32,100 nucleotides of DNA from an uncultured Terriglobales bacterium (lineage in GTDB: Bacteria; Acidobacteriota; Terriglobia; Terriglobales; Acidobacteriaceae): the NCBI GenBank assembly GCA_964439635.1, contig CAYTPH010000001.1:3969-36068 (forward strand), in the 5' to 3' direction. The position numbers were made by a program, and so were the translations under genes. The stretch's first letter is position 1. Each line of letters opens with the position of its first letter. Shown here in pieces: positions 16,515 to 25,119 of the stretch. Below the pieces are notes generated by a model. The model saw nothing but the letters and a program-made list of their open reading frames with translations. It was not told the origin of the DNA and searched no databases.

Positions 16515-17636
16515 ATGAGCTGGACCCGGTTCCTCCTTCTCTCATTCATTCTCTCGTCCGTTGCTGCGGGGCAGGTGCGCAAGATCATCTTCCCCGCGAA
16601 CTCGCCCGAGGACCAGGCACTGCAGGCCATCGCGCAGGAGCAGGACGCCGCCGCCCGCCTGGAGAAGTACCGCAAGTTCCTCGCCGACTTCGCTTCCAGT
16701 CCGGAAGCCGTCGCCTACGGCCGGCTGCAGATCGCGCAGCACTTTCTCTCCGCCGGCGACGCTCGCCAGGCGCTCTCCGAGGGCGAGCAGGCGTCGGCGC
16801 TGGTGCCCAACAACCTCGATATCCTCTCCACCCTGGTCACCATCGCCCAGCAGCTCAACGATCCGGCGAAGATCATGGAGTACGCCGCCCGCGGCGGCGA
16901 GGCCATCAACGGCATCGTCAAGCAGCCGCGGCCGGAGAACGCCACCGCCACTCCCGAAGAGTGGCTGGCCACGCTGGAGGCGCAGCGCGAAGGCCTGCAG
17001 TCCAGCTACGAGTTCCTGGAAGTCGCGGCCTTCAACGCGGTCGCCAACCAGGCGGATGCCACCGCCCGCATGGCCCTCATCGAGCGCTTCAATGCCGCCT
17101 TCCCCGACTCGCGCTACGCGCCCCAGGTGGCGCAGTACGCCATCTACTCCCTGCAGCTGGCCAACAAGTTCGCCGACATCGCCGCCTACGCCACCAAGGT
17201 CGCGGGGTCGAAGAACCCCACCACGCTCGCCCTCCTGGCCAATGCCCTCGCCGAGGATCCCAAGGGTGTCTACGTCGCCCGCTCGGTGGAATACGCCCGC
17301 CAGGCCATCGAGCTGTGCGCCGCCGCTTCCACCAAGGACGATCCCGCCCTGCGCATGACCTCCGGCCTGGCCCACTCCGCCCTCGGCTACGCGCTGATGA
17401 AGCAGGAGAAGACCACCGCCGCCATCACCGCGCTGCGCACCGCCATGGACCTGCTGCGCGACGACCCCGCCTCGTATTCCACCGTGCTCTACCGGCTCGG
17501 CTTTGCCTACGCCAAGCAGAAGCGTTATCCCGAGGCGCAGCAGGTCCTGAACCAGGCGGTGCGCATCGAGGGGCCGTTCCAGCAGCCGGCGCGCGACCTG
17601 CTCGCCAAGGTCAACGCCGCCAGCGCCCGCCAGTAG
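16515..17636 (+). CDS. Exported TPR-repeat protein
   Basis: I chose ATG 16515, preceded by GGGGG (track ORF starts at 16458). Signal peptide MSWTRFLLLSFILSSVAAGQ. The protein is helical and Ala-rich with TPR-like units (..YGRLQIAQHFLSAGDARQALSEGEQA.., ..STVLYRLGFAYAKQKRYPEAQQVLNQAVRIEG). Confidence 0.75.
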   Translation: MSWTRFLLLSFILSSVAAGQVRKIIFPANSPEDQALQAIAQEQDAAARLEKYRKFLADFASSPEAVAYGRLQIAQHFLSAGDARQALSEGEQASALVPNNLDILSTLVTIAQQLNDPAKIMEYAARGGEAINGIVKQPRPENATATPEEWLATLEAQREGLQSSYEFLEVAAFNAVANQADATARMALIERFNAAFPDSRYAPQVAQYAIYSLQLANKFADIAAYATKVAGSKNPTTLALLANALAEDPKGVYVARSVEYARQAIELCAAASTKDDPALRMTSGLAHSALGYALMKQEKTTAAITALRTAMDLLRDDPASYSTVLYRLGFAYAKQKRYPEAQQVLNQAVRIEGPFQQPARDLLAKVNAASARQ

Positions 17637-17637
17637 C

Positions 17638-17666
17638 TTGACAGCGCCGCCGGGGCGCGCTACCGT
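17638..17666 (+). promoter_or_regulatory. Candidate sigma70 promoter for the 157-aa exported protein gene
   Basis: TTGACA (17638-17643), a 17-nt spacer, then TACCGT (17661-17666). The layout is the same as the tRNA promoter candidate. GGAGGAAACC ATG follows. Confidence 0.4.
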
Positions 17667-17696
17667 TCGCGCCGTTCCCCATCCGCGGAGGAAACC

Positions 17697-18170
17697 ATGC
17701 GCCTTCACACCCGCTTTGTTCTTGTTCTTTGTGCGGCCCTCGTCTGCGTCTCGGCTCTTCCCGCGCAGGACGCCCCGAAACCGGCGGACAAAGGCATCAG
17801 CCTCTGTATCACCATCAGCCAGTACGCTCTCACCGGCTACGGCCGCAGCCACATCCCTCCCGACCGCCTGCGCGATGTGCTGGTGAAGCGCCTCGATAAT
17901 CCGAAAAAGGGTGTGAAGGTGCAGGGTCTGCGCAGCGAACAGTCCGGCGAAGAGGCCGTGACCGAGGCCCGCTCGAAAGGGTGCAACTACCTGCTGACGC
18001 TGGCCATCGGCACGCCCGGGAAGTACCGCCTGGTGGCGCTGGAGACCGAGGAACCGGTGATCCAGGGCGACGTCATGATCACCAACCAGAACAGCGCCAA
18101 CGACATCTCCATCCCTAGCGAGCGCGCCGCCATGGAAGCGCTCAGCAAGTTGCAGAAGCGCCGCAAGTAG
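17697..18170 (+). CDS. Exported protein of unknown function (157 aa)
   Basis: A strong SD (GGAGGA) lies 5 nt before the ATG. Signal peptide MRLHTRFVLVLCAALVCVSALPAQD. I recognise no family. Confidence 0.65.
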   Translation: MRLHTRFVLVLCAALVCVSALPAQDAPKPADKGISLCITISQYALTGYGRSHIPPDRLRDVLVKRLDNPKKGVKVQGLRSEQSGEEAVTEARSKGCNYLLTLAIGTPGKYRLVALETEEPVIQGDVMITNQNSANDISIPSERAAMEALSKLQKRRK

Positions 18171-19596
18171 CCATCCCCGGCAGCTCGCGCAAGCCACAGC
18201 GCGCCGCCTGCCGCTCCGCCACCGCGCGCATGGCCGCCTCACGCTGGGGCGCGAGCGCTGGCCGGCGGTACCCTGCCACCAGTTCGCCGGCGCGCTGCCG
18301 CGCCCGCTCGAAGCTGTCGCCGCTGCACTCGTCTCCCCGCTGGATCACCTCCGAGGGGAAGTGTTGCTCCTCGCGGAACAGGGCGCGGGTCTCCTTCAGC
18401 CGCAGGAAGTCCCCGGTCTTTCCTGCCGCAGCGAACATCGCCAGCGTATCGGGGCGTTCCTGCACTCCTGCAAGCAGGCGCTGGACGGAGGCGATGGCCT
18501 CGGCGTCGATCACCAGCTTCTCCACGCTGTGACAGGCCAGGAAATCCAGCATGCCCGCGCCGGAGATCATGTTGATCCCCGCCAGCGCTCCCAGCATCGC
18601 CGACATGCCGCTCTCCATCCCCGCCTGCGCGTCCACCAGCTTGCTGTCGCTGGCGCAGAGATAGCCGTGCGTGGGCAGGCCCAGGCTCTTGCCCACCAGC
18701 GCGCACGCGGCATCCAGCATGGCGGTCTCCATGGCGCCCATGGGCGCCGTCCCGGTGCGCATGTCGAAGATGGCCGGCGCTCCGCCCCACACGATGGGCG
18801 CTCCCGGATTCACCGCCTGGTGGATGACGATGCCGGCCAGGCTCTCCGCCGCATGCTGGGTCACCGCTCCCGCCAGTGTCACCGGCGCCGCCGCGCCGGC
18901 CAGCGGCATCGAGACCATCTCCGCCGGGACTCCGGCCCGCGCCAGCTCCACCAGGTTCCGCGCCGCGAACTCCGTCCAGTTCATCGGAGGCGACGGGCAC
19001 ACGTCGAAAACCGCTCTGGGCGAGGCTTTCAGCGCCTCGGCTCCTCCCGCTTCGGCTTGCAGCAGCTCCCGCATGGGCCCCAGGCCGGCCGCGCTGAACG
19101 CCCCGGTCACCACCGGCTTCTCCGAATGCCACAAGACCAGCAGGAGCCGGTAGAAGTCTCCCAGCTCGCTGGGCACGTCGCTGCACACCATCGCGGTGGA
19201 CTGCGCGGCGAATTGCGGCAGCATCTCCGTCACCTGCACCATCCGGACCAGGTCGTCCGCCACCGCCGGACGCGGCCGGCGCGTCGCCGGGTCCAGGATG
19301 TTAAGACACGATGATCCCGGGTCGAAGTGCACGGCGTCTCCGCCGTAACGCACGGCTCGCCCACCCCGCCGGTCGTAGAGGAAGAACTCGCGCGGGACGC
19401 TCTCCAGCGCCGTGCGCACCAGCTTTTCCGGGATGCGGACAGAATCACCGCCCTCCACCTCCGCACCGGCGGCGCGCAGCAGCTCCACCGCCTCCAGCGA
19501 GGCCACTCGGACTCCCCGGGCATGCAGCAGCTCCAGCGCATCGCCCAGGATGCGGCCGACCAGGGCCTGGGGCAGCAGCTCCAGCCGGGGCCTCAT
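18142..19596 (-). CDS. MttB-superfamily (trimethylamine methyltransferase family) protein, non-pyrrolysine type; probable quaternary-amine:corrinoid methyltransferase
   Basis: This is the 484-aa lower part of the 701-aa track ORF, starting MRPRLELLPQALVGRILGDALELLHARGV.. The ATG overlaps the corrinoid gene's stop (ATGA at 19596-19593). The length and MttB-like segments (DAVHFDPGSSCLNILD, VSMPLAGAAAPVTLAG, GLPTHGYLCASDSKLVDAQAG) fit the family. There is no in-frame TAG. Confidence 0.8.
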   Translation of the reverse strand: MRPRLELLPQALVGRILGDALELLHARGVRVASLEAVELLRAAGAEVEGGDSVRIPEKLVRTALESVPREFFLYDRRGGRAVRYGGDAVHFDPGSSCLNILDPATRRPRPAVADDLVRMVQVTEMLPQFAAQSTAMVCSDVPSELGDFYRLLLVLWHSEKPVVTGAFSAAGLGPMRELLQAEAGGAEALKASPRAVFDVCPSPPMNWTEFAARNLVELARAGVPAEMVSMPLAGAAAPVTLAGAVTQHAAESLAGIVIHQAVNPGAPIVWGGAPAIFDMRTGTAPMGAMETAMLDAACALVGKSLGLPTHGYLCASDSKLVDAQAGMESGMSAMLGALAGINMISGAGMLDFLACHSVEKLVIDAEAIASVQRLLAGVQERPDTLAMFAAAGKTGDFLRLKETRALFREEQHFPSEVIQRGDECSGDSFERARQRAGELVAGYRRPALAPQREAAMRAVAERQAARCGLRELPGMATCGASATC

Positions 19597-20240
19597 CGCG
19601 GCACCAGTTCTTTCGCCAGCGCCACCGCGCTGAGGGCGTCCTTGCCGTATCCCTCGGCGCCGATCTCGCTGGCCCACTGCCGCGTCACCGGCGCGCCGCC
19701 CACCATCACCCGCACTCCCGGCCGCAGCCCCGCCCGCTCCAGTGCCTCCACCACACCCCGCTGGTTCTTCATGGTGGTGGTCAGCAGTGCCGACACTCCC
19801 ACCAGCTCCGCTCCTACCTCCTTCACCTTCTCCGCGAAGCGCTCCGCCGCCACGTCTACCCCGAGGTCGTGCACCTTGAAGCCGTTGGCCGTGAGCAGCG
19901 TCCCCACCAGGCACTTGCCGATCTCGTGGATGTCGCCCTTGGTCGTCCCCAGCACCACCGTGCCCAAGGATGGCCGTTCGCCGCCGGCTCGGACCAGCTC
20001 CGGTTCCAGGATGGCCATGGCTGCCTGCATGGCTTCGCTCGACGCCATCAGGTCCGGCAGGAACACCTGCCGGCAGCCGAACAGGACCCCCACTTCGTTC
20101 ATCGCCGGGACCAACCCTTCGTTGATGGCCTCCAGCGGCGCGACCCCGCTCTCCAGGGCCTTGCGCGCCGCCTGGCGGGCGTGGTCGGGGGCGCCCATCA
20201 GCACGCTCCGCCGCATGGCCGCGAAGACTTCCTCCTGCAT
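19593..20240 (-). CDS. Cobalamin-binding corrinoid protein (B12-binding cap plus Rossmann domain)
   Basis: 215 aa. An SD (GAGGTG) precedes the ATG. B12-binding signature DxHxxG (GDIHEIGK), SxL (VSALLTTT) and GG (VMVGGAP). The N-terminal helical cap resembles MtbC/MttC-type proteins. Confidence 0.85.
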   Translation of the reverse strand: MQEEVFAAMRRSVLMGAPDHARQAARKALESGVAPLEAINEGLVPAMNEVGVLFGCRQVFLPDLMASSEAMQAAMAILEPELVRAGGERPSLGTVVLGTTKGDIHEIGKCLVGTLLTANGFKVHDLGVDVAAERFAEKVKEVGAELVGVSALLTTTMKNQRGVVEALERAGLRPGVRVMVGGAPVTRQWASEIGAEGYGKDALSAVALAKELVPR

Positions 20241-20323
20241 GGCTCACCTCGGGCCGAGCCTACCGGAGGCGCGACCAGCCCGCTGTGACCTCCCGCACAG
20301 CGCCCCGGTTATCGGTCACGCCG

Positions 20324-20332
20324 TGCTATAGT
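20324..20332 (+). promoter_or_regulatory. Candidate extended -10 promoter (TGcTATAGT) immediately upstream of the DUF4440-like gene
   Basis: TG-c-TATAGT lies at 20324-20332. Only 9 nt (ccttgcccc, no SD) separate it from ATG 20342, which implies a leaderless or near-leaderless mRNA. Confidence 0.4.
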
Positions 20333-20341
20333 CCTTGCCCC

Positions 20342-20809
20342 ATGCGGACCGGCCTCATGCTCCTGCTGTTCGCCACAGCCCTTATGCACGCCTCTGAACC
20401 TGCTTCCGACGATACCGCGCAGATCCTCCAGCTCGAGCGCCAGATGATGGCCGCCATCAAGAACAAGGACGCCGCCGCCATCGAGCGCCTCCTCGCTCCC
20501 GACTTCATCTACCGCACCCCCGGCGCGCAGGACGCCGGCCGCGCCGACTTCCTGCGCATCGCCCAGTCCATCCCGGTGAAGATCGTGGACGTCTGGGGCG
20601 ACGACCTGAAGGTCACCCTCTACGGTGATGTCGCGGTCCTCACCGGCATCCAGAAGGCCCGCACGCTCGACGACAAGGGCCAGGAGGTGCTCTCCGCCGG
20701 CGCTTTCGTCGACGTCTTCCGCCGCCGCGACGGCCGCTGGCTCATGGTTCTGGCACACACCGTCGAACTGCCGGAGGTGCCGGGTTCCTCGGCGCCCTCA
20801 GCCAAGTAG
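20342..20809 (+). CDS. Exported NTF2-fold protein (DUF4440 / SnoaL-like)
   Basis: I chose ATG 20342 (track ORF starts at 20285). Signal peptide MRTGLMLLLFATALMHA. The pattern ILQLERQMMAAIKNKDAAAIERLLAPDFIY....GDVAVLTG.....FVDVFRRRDGRWLMVLAHT is typical of DUF4440. Confidence 0.7.
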   Translation: MRTGLMLLLFATALMHASEPASDDTAQILQLERQMMAAIKNKDAAAIERLLAPDFIYRTPGAQDAGRADFLRIAQSIPVKIVDVWGDDLKVTLYGDVAVLTGIQKARTLDDKGQEVLSAGAFVDVFRRRDGRWLMVLAHTVELPEVPGSSAPSAK

Positions 20810-20919
20810 CGCCGGCGTCCCGCCTTCGGTTTGTATCGCCTTTTCGCAGCCTTTCACCACTCCGAGCGTCTAAAGCTTGCAGTCTGCCGCTCCGCCGTTT
20901 AGAACTTTAGGACTTCCGA

Positions 20920-23550
20920 ATGAGCCGAATGGCGCTTCGCCAACCCGCCCGCTGGCTGCTGGTGTTGCTGCTCGCCGCCTCCGCGGCGGCCCAGGTCCCC
21001 CAGTTCCAGGAACCCGGCGGTCCGCGCCTGCCGCAGGACGAAGGCGCCCCCGGCCTCGGCCAGATGCTGCGCCGCCTGCAGCACACCGGCCGCCTGCTGC
21101 ACATCGTCGCCCACCCTGACGACGAGGACGGCGCCATGCTTACCCTGATGTCGCGCGGCCGCGGCGCCCAGGTCATGCTCCTCACCCTCACCCGCGGCGA
21201 AGGCGGACAGAACCGCACCGGCAGCGGCCTTTCCGACGAGCTGGGCGTCCTCCGCACCCTTGAGCTGCTGGCCTCCGATCGCTACTACGGCGTGGAACAG
21301 CGCTTCACCCGCGCCGCCGACTTCGGCTACTCCAAGTCCGCCGAGGAGACCCTGCGCAAATGGCCCCGCGAAGTCGTGCTGGCCGATGTCGTGCGCGTCA
21401 TCCGCGAGTTCCGCCCCGACGTCATCGTCACCCGCTTCACCGGCACGCCGCGCGACGGTCACGGCCACCACCAGACATCTACCATCCTTGCCCGCGAGGC
21501 CTTCCGCGCCGCCGCCGACCCCACCCAGTTCCCGGAACAACTTAAAGAAGGACTTCAGCCAGGGCAGGCCAAGAAGTTCTATACAGGACGGTTCCGCGGC
21601 ATGGAAGGCTGGACCATCCGGCTGGAGACCAGCGTTTCGGATCCGCTGCTCGGCGCCACCTACGCCGAGTTCGCCATGCAGGGCCTGAAGCACCAGCTGT
21701 CGCAGGGCGCCTTCGATTGGCGCCTCAGCCCGCCTCCGAACTACACCCACTACGCCTTGGAAGAATCGGTCCTTCCCGGCCGCCCGCCCGGCACCAAGGA
21801 GCAGGACTTCTTCGAGGGGATCGACACATCGCTCGGTGCCGGCTCCGACGATCCGGATGTGAAGGCGGCAGTCGCCGCCGCACGGCGCGCCACCGCGCCT
21901 GGCGCTGCCCAAGTTACGGTCGCCGAAGCCCTTCTCGACGGCCTGGCGGCCACGGAGCACGCCCTCCAGCGCGGCCCTTCTGGCTCGACGTCCTCCCCGG
22001 ATCCGCTCGACCTTTTGAAAGACCTCGAATCCACACGCGACCAATTCCGCGAAGCCGCCCGATTGGCGACCGGCGTCTCCTTGTCGTTCAGGATCGGGAA
22101 TGCCGGTTCCTCGCCGATCCTGCTTCCCGGCTACAAAGTTACCGCGGATGAGACTGTCAGCCTCCCAGCCGGTGTGACGGTTTCTCGCACGAGCGTTCAA
22201 GTACCCAAGGACTGGAACGCGGAGATGCCGCAGAACCCGTCACCGGCTACAGGAAAGGTTCAACGCGCGCACTTCAGCGGCAAACTGACTCCGCCGCCGG
22301 ATGCTGCGCCTAATCGTCCCTACTGGCACCGTACCGCTGTCTCGCGCGAGTTCGTGCACGCCGTCGACGACGCCTCCTGCCTCACCCTTCCCTTCTGTCC
22401 GCCATCGTTGCGCGCCTCCGCCGTCTACACTGTGGGCAATAACAGCGGCGTTCTGACGGCCGCTGCCGAAGCCCACGCCGATCCTCCCGCACGATGGACG
22501 ATGGTTGCTCCTCCCGTCGAGATCGCTTTCGTGCCCCCAGGCAGAGTCTTCCCCGCTTCCTCGAACGGACCCATGACGGTGAGCGTGAGAGTGACAACCC
22601 TAAAGCCTGCAGACTACCTCCCGGGGGAGCGCAAGCTTCAAGAACGCGCGATCGTGGTCCGGCTCGCGGTTCCGGATGGCTGGCGTTCCCAGCCTCGCCA
22701 ACACCGACTGGTCCTGCGGCCCGAAGGTGACGCGAAGATAGTCACATTCAACGTCTTCGTGCCTAAGTCGGATTCGAGCTATCAACAGCTCCGCGCCCTC
22801 GCCGAGTACGACGGCCGCACCTACTCCGATTCCTTCACCATCGTCCAGCGCGACGATCTCGGCGCCTATCCCTACGTCCATCCCGCCACCCAGCGCGTCA
22901 GCGTGGTGGACGTGAAGACGCCGCCCGGGCTTAAGGTCGGCTACGTCATGGGCGCCGGCGACGACATTCCTGACGTCCTCCGCCAGGCCAGCCTCGACGT
23001 CGCCCTCATCCCGCCCGCCGACCTCGCCACCGCCGACCTCGCGCGCTTTGGCACCATCGTCCTCGGCATCCGCGCCCACGAGACCGTCGCCCAGGTCCGC
23101 GACCACAACCAGCGCCTGCTCGACTACGTCGCCAACGGGGGCACCCTGGTGGTCCAGTACCACCCCGACCGCGGCCCGTTCCCCTACGCTCCCGCGCCGC
23201 TGGAGATCGGCCGCGAGCGCGTCAGCGTCGAAGAAGCCCCGGTCGAGATCCTCGCCCCCGACGACCCGCTCTTCTCCTTCCCCAACCGCATCACCGCCCG
23301 CGACTTCGACGGCTGGGTGCAGGAGCGCGGCCTCTACTTCGCCTCTTCCTGGGATCCGCGCTTCCAGCCGCTGCTGGCCTCCTCCGACCCCGGCGAAGCC
23401 CCGCTGAAGGGCGGCCTGCTGCGCATGCGCCACGGCAAAGGAACGTACATCTTCACCGGCTACTCCTTCTTTCGCCAGCTCCCCGCGGGCGTTCCCGGGG
23501 CCATCCGACTCTTCGTCAACCTGGTGAGCGCCGGACATGAGCGTCCCTAA
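20920..23550 (+). CDS. Exported PIG-L/LmbE-family deacetylase fused to a large C-terminal region ending in a ThuA/class-I-glutamine-amidotransferase-like domain
   Basis: 876 aa. Signal peptide MSRMALRQPARWLLVLLLAASAAAQ. PIG-L motif LLHIVAHPDDEDGAMLTLMSRG...LTLTRGEGGQN and the HH pair GHGHHQ. The C-terminal segment reads LKVGYVMGAGDDIPDVL..FGTIVLGIRAHE..LLDYVANGGTLVVQYH. Confidence 0.8.
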   Translation: MSRMALRQPARWLLVLLLAASAAAQVPQFQEPGGPRLPQDEGAPGLGQMLRRLQHTGRLLHIVAHPDDEDGAMLTLMSRGRGAQVMLLTLTRGEGGQNRTGSGLSDELGVLRTLELLASDRYYGVEQRFTRAADFGYSKSAEETLRKWPREVVLADVVRVIREFRPDVIVTRFTGTPRDGHGHHQTSTILAREAFRAAADPTQFPEQLKEGLQPGQAKKFYTGRFRGMEGWTIRLETSVSDPLLGATYAEFAMQGLKHQLSQGAFDWRLSPPPNYTHYALEESVLPGRPPGTKEQDFFEGIDTSLGAGSDDPDVKAAVAAARRATAPGAAQVTVAEALLDGLAATEHALQRGPSGSTSSPDPLDLLKDLESTRDQFREAARLATGVSLSFRIGNAGSSPILLPGYKVTADETVSLPAGVTVSRTSVQVPKDWNAEMPQNPSPATGKVQRAHFSGKLTPPPDAAPNRPYWHRTAVSREFVHAVDDASCLTLPFCPPSLRASAVYTVGNNSGVLTAAAEAHADPPARWTMVAPPVEIAFVPPGRVFPASSNGPMTVSVRVTTLKPADYLPGERKLQERAIVVRLAVPDGWRSQPRQHRLVLRPEGDAKIVTFNVFVPKSDSSYQQLRALAEYDGRTYSDSFTIVQRDDLGAYPYVHPATQRVSVVDVKTPPGLKVGYVMGAGDDIPDVLRQASLDVALIPPADLATADLARFGTIVLGIRAHETVAQVRDHNQRLLDYVANGGTLVVQYHPDRGPFPYAPAPLEIGRERVSVEEAPVEILAPDDPLFSFPNRITARDFDGWVQERGLYFASSWDPRFQPLLASSDPGEAPLKGGLLRMRHGKGTYIFTGYSFFRQLPAGVPGAIRLFVNLVSAGHERP

Positions 23551-25012
23551 GACGGCGGAGCAGCCGCACCTCATCCGCGGCATCGGCCTCGGCGGCGCCA
23601 CCGCGCTCAACGTCATCGACATGATCGGGGTGGGACCGTTCATCACCATCCCGCTCATCGTCAGCGCCGCCGGCGGGCCGCAAGCCATGCTGGGCTGGAT
23701 CCTGGGCGCGATTCTTGCCATCTGCGACGGCCTGGTCTGGGCGGAACTGGGCGCTGCCATGCCCGGCTCGGGCGGCTCTTACCGTTATCTCAAGGAGATC
23801 TACGGCCCCAACCGCCTCGGTCGCATGATCTCCTTCCTGTTCATCTGGCAGCTCAGCTTCAGCGCGCCTCTCTCTCTCGCCTCCGGCTGCATCGGCCTGG
23901 CGCAGTACGCCGGCTACATCTTCCCTTCGCTCGACAACGCCTGGCTCACCCGCGAGTTCCAGGCCGCCATCCCCGTGCTCGGCTCGCTGCAGGCGCGCAT
24001 CCTGGTCAACGGCGGCACCTTCGTCGCCATCGCCACCTGCCTCTTCGCCGTCTTCCTCCTCTACCGCCGCGTGACGGTGATTGGCAACATCTCCAAGCTG
24101 CTGGCCGCGGGCGTGCTCTCCACCATCGCCTGGGTCATCTTCGCCGGCCTCACCAATTTCAACGCTGCTCGCGCCTTCGACTTTCCGCCCAACGCCTTCG
24201 TCCTCGACGAGCGCTTCTTCCTCGGCTTCGGCGCCGCCCTCCTGGTCGCGATGTACGACTTCTGGGGGTACTACAACGTGTGCTTTTTCGGCGACGAGGT
24301 GAAGCAGCCGGAGAAGAACATCCCGCGGGCGCTGCTGCTCTCCATCGTGCTGGTGGCGGCCATCTACATCGTGATGAACATCAGCATCCTGGGGGTCATC
24401 CCCTGGCAGGAGCTGGACCAGGCGGCCAAGGACAACACGCGCTTCTACATCATCTCCATCCTGATGGAGCGGGTGTACGGACACTGGGCGGCGGTTGGGG
24501 TCACGCTGCTCATCATGTGGACGGCCTTCGCCTCGGTGTTCTCGCTGCTGATGGGCTACTCGCGCGTGCCCTACGCCGCCGCACTGGACGGCAACTACTT
24601 CCGGGCCTTCACGCACGTGCATCCGACGGGCCGGTTTCCGCACGTCTCGCTGCTGGCGCTGGGGCTGGTGGCCGCGGCCTTCTGCTTCCTGCGGCTGGCG
24701 GACGTCATCGCCGCCCTGGTGGTCATCCGTATCTGCATCCAGTTCCTGGTGCAGTCGGTGGGGCTCATTGTCCTGCGGCAGACCCGGCCCGACATACCCC
24801 GCCCCTTCCGCATGTGGCTCTATCCCCTGCCGGCGCTGGCCGCCATCGTGGGCTTCCTCTACGTGCTCATCTCCCGGCCGAACTTCATGAAGGAAGTGCG
24901 GTACGCCGCCGTACTGGTGGTGCTTGGCCTGGCCATCTATCTGGTGCGCGCCTGGCGTCACCGCGAGTGGCCGTTCAACGTGGCCCCGGAAGAAGCTGCC
25001 GCCGGGCGCTAA
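23537..25012 (+). CDS. APC-superfamily amino acid/polyamine permease
   Basis: 491 aa with about 12 TM helices. The N-terminal motif LIRGIGLGGATALNVIDMIGVGPFITIPLIV is typical of APC permeases. It overlaps the upstream stop by 14 nt. Confidence 0.85.
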   Translation: MSVPKTAEQPHLIRGIGLGGATALNVIDMIGVGPFITIPLIVSAAGGPQAMLGWILGAILAICDGLVWAELGAAMPGSGGSYRYLKEIYGPNRLGRMISFLFIWQLSFSAPLSLASGCIGLAQYAGYIFPSLDNAWLTREFQAAIPVLGSLQARILVNGGTFVAIATCLFAVFLLYRRVTVIGNISKLLAAGVLSTIAWVIFAGLTNFNAARAFDFPPNAFVLDERFFLGFGAALLVAMYDFWGYYNVCFFGDEVKQPEKNIPRALLLSIVLVAAIYIVMNISILGVIPWQELDQAAKDNTRFYIISILMERVYGHWAAVGVTLLIMWTAFASVFSLLMGYSRVPYAAALDGNYFRAFTHVHPTGRFPHVSLLALGLVAAAFCFLRLADVIAALVVIRICIQFLVQSVGLIVLRQTRPDIPRPFRMWLYPLPALAAIVGFLYVLISRPNFMKEVRYAAVLVVLGLAIYLVRAWRHREWPFNVAPEEAAAGR

Positions 25013-25119
25013 CAAATCGGCACTTTTGCAGTCCCTATCTCGTGGGATATTCTGCCTCGATACCAGGTGGGGATCCGGGCCGGTCAGCCACGCCTCCTCG
25101 CGAATCGCAATCACGCAAA

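Noticed and set aside
18142-19596. Possibility of a pyrrolysine (in-frame TAG) MttB.
   Set aside because: The reading frame is uninterrupted with no internal TAG, so this is a non-Pyl member of the family.
18142-20247. A single 701-aa ORF spanning the corrinoid and MttB region.
   Set aside because: The upstream ~215 codons are an out-of-frame read of the corrinoid-protein gene and give Arg/Gly/Pro-rich nonsense. The MttB-like sequence starts at MRPRLELLP (ATG 19596), exactly overlapping the corrinoid gene's stop (ATGA).
16371-20250. tRNA-Glu as an integration site, with a genomic island downstream.
   Set aside because: There is no integrase or recombinase gene and no direct repeat of the tRNA 3' end downstream. 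Only a chance 8-mer, TCGAATCC, occurs at 22025. I could see no compositional break.
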